Source of the DNA: Thermoplasmatota archaeon
Lineage (GTDB): Archaea; Thermoplasmatota; Penumbrarchaeia; Penumbrarchaeales; Penumbrarchaeaceae
Direction: 5' to 3'
NCBI GenBank assembly: GCA_965234725.1
Contig: CBDDUX010000022.1
Coordinates: 1 to 44,453 of the forward strand
DNA length: 44,453 bases
Part shown: piece after piece, positions 39,600-44,453 of the stretch
Numbering within the stretch: position 1 is the stretch's first letter
How the letters are laid out: each line of letters begins with the position of its first letter
The notes under the pieces: model-generated
Told to the model about the DNA's origin: nothing
Seen by the model: only the letters and a program-made list of their open reading frames with translations
Database searches by the model: none
Position numbers and translations under genes: made by a program

Positions 39600-39951
39600 T
39601 TAAATCATGATTTTTTCATAACCAATCATGATATGTGGATGTAAATGCCACCGAAAATATCTTTGTTCAAGATTTGATTTCAATTCCTTAAAATTTTTTT
39701 TAAAAATAAAGGATAGAAAATGTTCCCTCGAAAGGACCTTTTGGGTTTATTTTTCTGAAAGTCTTTCGGAATAATCATCATGTAAGGGTATGGCTCTCGA
39801 ATAAGCAGTTGGGGAACCGAGATTTTTCAAGAGAAAATGGAGATCAATAATGAAAGGATCAAGGAAGATGAAAAATACACATGTGCAATTGGAATTCTCA
39901 TGAACAGGTCCTTCTAATATCCTTGCCTGCTGTTATATTATCGGGTTTAAA

Positions 39952-42249
39952 ATGAATGATGGAGATGGCAGGTCCGGAATTTTCCTCATTTCATTCCTAT
40001 TCTTGATCTCAATAGTAATGCCTGCACTATTTGCCAGTATCGGGAAAGCAACAACTTCCGATGATGTCATCACAATAGAGATCGATAATGAAAGTTTCTT
40101 CCGGCAACTGGACCAGGGAACGATGATAGATGCGGTTTCACTCTATTGGTCAATTAGCCATGATGGAAGTTCCGGTGTAACCGTTTCAATATACATTGGA
40201 CAGGATGGAGAAGGTTGGGTGTCTCTTGCAAGCAATATATTGGTTGAGGGAGAGATCTTGATCGATCCGATCGAGATGGGTATTGAAAATGGAGATGGAT
40301 ACTGTCTGAGGATCCTTGCGATCAACGATGAAGGTCGATACACCGAGGAGTTCCTGAGTGGAAAATTCAGTGTTGATATTGAAAGGGACTTGAATATAAC
40401 CGTCAGATCATTGGATGAAAATAGTTATGTGAAGGACAGACTGGAGATCGAATGGGAGATCACTGGACAATATGTGGAACCTCTTGAACTTGACCTTAAG
40501 ATCCTGCATGGGTACCCTGGAACGATCATCGATAATGTGATCATGCCCATGAGTACCACCCATGCATCCATAGATACCAGGAACCTTGAAGATTATAAGG
40601 AATACTGGTTGATAATGACGGTCAAGGACAACAATGGATTGACCGCATCTTCAGATCAACTCCATTTCACCAAATGCAGTGTAATCCAGTTTGAACCGGG
40701 ATTGACAGGGATCAAGGAAGGTGATATTCTCTGGGAACCTCTGAAGATCCGATTCATCCCACATCCGAACCCTGATGCTTTGACCCTATGTAAAACAGAT
40801 ATATATTTTCAAAGAACGGATAGCGATGAACGAGTATACATTATTCGAGATACCAATTCCACAAAGGAGTTCGAATGGGAACCCTACCGTTTCGATCAGG
40901 GATCCTATACCATGTTCCAGGTTTCCGAGGGAAATGGATATAAGTTCAGGGGAGTGGTGAATTTTACAATATGTGACGGGACCATTCCAATGATCGAAGA
41001 TGTCATCTGCACCTCATGCAATGTAGATGAGTCTATAGAGGTCCTTTACAAGGTAAGGTTGATAGGTCCTTCAGGACACGATATGATCAGGGCAAATCTC
41101 TCCTACATGGATCAGGAAGGGGACTGGGTGGAGATCGGGACACAGATCGAATATAGCGAACAAATTGTTGGCCATACGGAGTATATGTCGTCCGGGACCT
41201 ATGTATTCAGAATATGTGTCTACAACGGGATAGCGCCTTCAATATTCTCCGAATTTTACATTAATGATGTTGAGGTCCATCATAACGATCCTCCCTTTAT
41301 CGGCTTGAAATCTTCTCCTGCAAAAGGTGAGACAATTGACAAGGAGGTCAATCTCTCCTGGTTCGCAATGGATATTGATGGAAGTGAGGTCATTGTAGAC
41401 CTTTATTACAGGTATGGGGACGGAGAGTGGGTCCATATCGATACCTTGAATGGCAGCGGACATAGATCCTATGTCTGGAACGTCTCGAAAATGGAAGGTG
41501 GCCCTTATGACATCAGACTGGTCGTAAAGGAGATAACAGCAGAGGGACTCTTCTCCCAACAGATCACCCCCACATTCAATATTACAGGGAAAGGTGAAAG
41601 GAAGGATGTGAGAGTGGATCCGGATGCCTCTTTCATTTTGAGTAATTATCTTCCATCAACGGCAATTTTCATTTTAGGAATCATTTTCATATCTTCGTTG
41701 GTTGCTTTGATAGTCATCAGAAATAAACGGAAGGTTTTAAAAAATAGGGAAAAGGAAAGGTCTTCTGATCTTCGATCTTCGAATCTCTTGAAGAAGGTGC
41801 TGGATAGAGCAAATGAATTCCGTACAGCACTTCCAGCGATCGGTGGTTCTTCGGTCCAGAATGAAGGTGGAGATGCCGAAAGGAATATTTCCCCAAAGGA
41901 TGGATCGATCGAGGAATTGATAGATATACTCGGATGCAGAGGAGATGATGATGTTGGTGAATCCGATCTGAATTCTTACAAGGTCCTTGGACTATCCATG
42001 AATGCAACCAATGATCAGGTGAAGAATGCTTACCTTCATTATGTGAAAAGATACCATCCCGATAAGTTTGCACATATCAGTGAGGACCTGAGAAGGAAAG
42101 CGGAATTGGAGTTGGAGAGGAAGAACCGGGCAAAGGAGGTATTGTTGGATCATCAGAAGAGGGCGATCCTTGATATGATGTTAAGGGAGGGTGAGCTGAA
42201 GATGATAAGAGATAGCTCCATGAATTCACGGATCCGGAAATTGAGATGA
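39952..42249 (+). CDS. Type I membrane protein with extracellular Ig-like repeats and a cytoplasmic C-terminal J-domain
   Basis: N-terminal hydrophobic signal, about 5 beta-sandwich repeats, TM segment TAIFILGIIFISSLVALIVIRNKRK, then YKVLGLSMNATNDQVKNAY...YHPDK...A.EVL.D..KR...D. Confidence 0.88.
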   Translation: MNDGDGRSGIFLISFLFLISIVMPALFASIGKATTSDDVITIEIDNESFFRQLDQGTMIDAVSLYWSISHDGSSGVTVSIYIGQDGEGWVSLASNILVEGEILIDPIEMGIENGDGYCLRILAINDEGRYTEEFLSGKFSVDIERDLNITVRSLDENSYVKDRLEIEWEITGQYVEPLELDLKILHGYPGTIIDNVIMPMSTTHASIDTRNLEDYKEYWLIMTVKDNNGLTASSDQLHFTKCSVIQFEPGLTGIKEGDILWEPLKIRFIPHPNPDALTLCKTDIYFQRTDSDERVYIIRDTNSTKEFEWEPYRFDQGSYTMFQVSEGNGYKFRGVVNFTICDGTIPMIEDVICTSCNVDESIEVLYKVRLIGPSGHDMIRANLSYMDQEGDWVEIGTQIEYSEQIVGHTEYMSSGTYVFRICVYNGIAPSIFSEFYINDVEVHHNDPPFIGLKSSPAKGETIDKEVNLSWFAMDIDGSEVIVDLYYRYGDGEWVHIDTLNGSGHRSYVWNVSKMEGGPYDIRLVVKEITAEGLFSQQITPTFNITGKGERKDVRVDPDASFILSNYLPSTAIFILGIIFISSLVALIVIRNKRKVLKNREKERSSDLRSSNLLKKVLDRANEFRTALPAIGGSSVQNEGGDAERNISPKDGSIEELIDILGCRGDDDVGESDLNSYKVLGLSMNATNDQVKNAYLHYVKRYHPDKFAHISEDLRRKAELELERKNRAKEVLLDHQKRAILDMMLREGELKMIRDSSMNSRIRKLR

Positions 42250-42594
42250 GGGATGATTCGGAATGAAAAAGTAGTGTTATGAGAAAATAGGGTAGGCCAG
42301 CCAACAGGGATATTTCACAAGATAGGACCGATCCTCTCTACTTCGAGATCTGAAATATTATGATCATTATTCCATCTATCTTTGGAACACTCATTTAAAT
42401 ATCCCAATTCTTTCACTTTTCTTTTCAGTGTAGAAAAGCAAACCTATCACTTTATTCGAAAATTCCTCATTCCCATTCAGTTCGGATAGAGAGTTCACTC
42501 GCGGACGAGGAAGTCTCTCTATCCTCTTTGATTCCATTTGGGGTTGGGGTTGGGTGTTTTCCAGATTCAACAAAATGATCATTAAGAGATATCC

Positions 42595-43152
42595 TCAGGG
42601 CTTCCTTAGTGGAGGAGCCTCTAAAATGTCGTTGAGGTGATCAGAAGTTATATTCAACACCACCATGTCCCCGACATTCCTTACGTTTTTTAATGAAATG
42701 GCAATGTCATTGCCGCTGAGAATAATTGATTTCATTTTCAAAGCTTCCCTTTCCTCGGAGTTCACTTTTATCCGGATCGAGGGGATCTTCCATGTATCTT
42801 TTGCGATCATCATATTTTCGACGGTTCCAATGGAATCTCCTTTGGTGTCGGTGACATCCATTCCTATCAGCCGATCTGCATCGAATTTCTCATTGTGCGG
42901 TTGGAAATGCTTTGCCAATCCGTCCAGCGGGAGATTCAACAATAATTTGTCTGTTATTCCTGCGATGTTGTTTACTCCTATGTCCTGTCGAAGGTTTGGC
43001 TTGGTCTTCAGACCAGAGACCACATCCTTCTCCAACTTCACAGAAAGGAAATCTACATTCCCTTTGGTACTGACTATGGCACCTTCGATCTTCCCGATGA
43101 CATTCCCATCCGAGGTCACAACATCCATCTTGCTCAGTTCCTTTAAATTCAT
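42595..43152 (-). CDS. Tandem PRC-barrel domain protein
   Basis: Two repeats: ELSKMDVVTSDGNVIGKIEG and RLIGMDVTDTKGDSIGTVEN...VRNVGDMVVLN. Start ATG 43152 is preferred. Confidence 0.85.
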   Translation of the reverse strand: MNLKELSKMDVVTSDGNVIGKIEGAIVSTKGNVDFLSVKLEKDVVSGLKTKPNLRQDIGVNNIAGITDKLLLNLPLDGLAKHFQPHNEKFDADRLIGMDVTDTKGDSIGTVENMMIAKDTWKIPSIRIKVNSEEREALKMKSIILSGNDIAISLKNVRNVGDMVVLNITSDHLNDILEAPPLRKP

Positions 43153-43411
43153 GGTTGACAAATAAATCACCTTATGACACATATCCTCTCTCTTACGGTT
43201 AAATCCTCACCCAAGCTCTGTGACGGAAATGGACTTTTTTAGTATTCTTAGTCCGAACCTCCATGTGTTGATGGGATATATGGTCACCAGACGATCTTGA
43301 TATAAAGATCATGGATTTCACATATATTCAATTGGAAAACGGATGCATTCCGTATTGGGGTATCAATTCCTGTGGATTTTGAAAGGAGGAACGGATCTTT
43401 ATAGGAGCTTT

Positions 43412-43636
43412 TCAATAGGAAAATTGCCAGTTGTCCACTTCACCTATTTCCCTACTTTTTGAAATGTTCATGAGAGGATATCTGAAGAGGAAGATCTTTC
43501 TTGTTCCGAGATCATCATTATCTCCCAGTTTGCCGAAATAATCTTGACCCTTGATTGAAAGAAGACTGCTCCTTTCCACATCAAGTGGGAATACTCTTTT
43601 TTCTACCAATTGTATCACTTTCATTTCCAAACTCAA
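43412..43636 (-). CDS. Possible small hypothetical protein
   Basis: A 74-codon ORF in otherwise unassigned sequence, with no recognisable motif. Confidence 0.25.
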   Translation of the reverse strand: MSLEMKVIQLVEKRVFPLDVERSSLLSIKGQDYFGKLGDNDDLGTRKIFLFRYPLMNISKSREIGEVDNWQFSY

Positions 43637-43725
43637 AACTTACGGTTATTACCATCCCTAATCTTTGTGTGATTTCTGGACAATTAGTAATATCCCGAGT
43701 CCAAATTGCCATCGGTGTTTAGGTA

Positions 43726-43998
43726 ATGCGGTCACCGGACGACCTTGATATCCAGATCATCAAAGCGATGGCGTCCCCCCATTCATTCCAATGGGATGTT
43801 CGGATCTCCAATGCGCGCGTGGCAAAAGGGCTTGATGTTGACGAAGAGACGGTCCGGAACCGGCTGAGGCACATGAAATATGTTGGGTTCCTGCAGGGAT
43901 GGCAGCTCATTCTCAATCCGGTCCTCCTTGCTGGCAAGGCTGCGATCGTGGAGCTTGGTGTCAACAATACGGGATCGAAAATGGAAAGCCGAAAATAA
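43726..43998 (+). pseudogene. Lrp/AsnC-family regulator N-terminal fragment
   Basis: DDLDIQIIKAM...RISNARVAKGLDVDEETVRNRLRHM...GFLQGW...NP is an AsnC-type HTH. It ends after 90 aa, before a ligand-binding domain. Confidence 0.7.
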
Positions 43999-44054
43999 GA
44001 ATGAGGTTGGAGATCTCAATGATATGAATTTTGATCATCATTGCCCTTGTTGTA

Positions 44055-44246
44055 CTATTTTATTATCCTGCCCAGACCCCAGCTGACTGACAAGCTTATC
44101 ACAAGAGAGGCGATCAATGCAACGAAGAAATATGAAGGTCCGATGGTCTCCGGGATCGATGTGGTGGGCAGGAGGAAATAGAAGATCCCTATAAGGACCG
44201 CAAATGTGATCCCAACGATCAGTAGCCACCTGAGCATTCGATTCAT
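44055..44246 (-). CDS. Small two-TM membrane protein
   Basis: 63 aa with two hydrophobic helices and basic termini. Confidence 0.55.
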   Translation of the reverse strand: MNRMLRWLLIVGITFAVLIGIFYFLLPTTSIPETIGPSYFFVALIASLVISLSVSWGLGRIIK

Positions 44247-44453
44247 ATGATTTTAAAAGGTGCAGTGATATTATTATCTTGTTCAATATCATGCAAAGAT
44301 GTGGATGTGTAGGAGACTGGTTTATAACTCCCAAATGTTCGATCTCCAATCTTTCTTTTCTTTTCAAGGACCAGCGATTCTGCCTCTCCAATGCCAACGT
44401 TTTTTTTTGTACCCCTTTAGGAAGATTGAAAGGGTTAAGAGAGCAAGTTTTAA

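Noticed and set aside
1-44453. Defence systems, retroelements, prophage, tRNA or rRNA
   Set aside because: No reverse transcriptase, nuclease, integrase, capsid, cas gene, cloverleaf or rRNA signature was recognised by eye. Weak ncRNAs could have been missed.

Overview
Probably an archaeal chromosomal window, most likely uncultured Thermoplasmatota. This is inferred from iorAB, a COG3398-type winged-helix regulator, a tandem PRC-barrel protein, GGTGA/GGAGG ribosome-binding sites, TTTAAA/TTATAA promoter-like boxes and AGA/AGG-dominated Arg codons. Nearly half of the window encodes six large membrane-anchored surface proteins: a 14-repeat FG-GAP protein, an SBBP propeller protein, a NosD-type beta-helix protein, a DUF6259-like protein, a metallophosphoesterase, and an Ig-stalk protein with a cytoplasmic J-domain. 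The rest comprises an AbrB-ABC exporter operon, iorAB, RNA-handling genes (RRM, CxxC-x17-CxxC, DEAD-box helicase), a 120-bp MITE and several gene fragments. The standout is 7553..13990, an intronless 2145-aa single-chain acetyl-CoA carboxylase with the full eukaryotic architecture (BC-BT-BCCP-central domain-CT). Its BC core has prokaryote-like motifs and its Arg codon usage is foreign. No CRISPR array, rRNA or tRNA was seen. All family assignments come from motif recognition by eye and recalled reference sequences; no searches were run.
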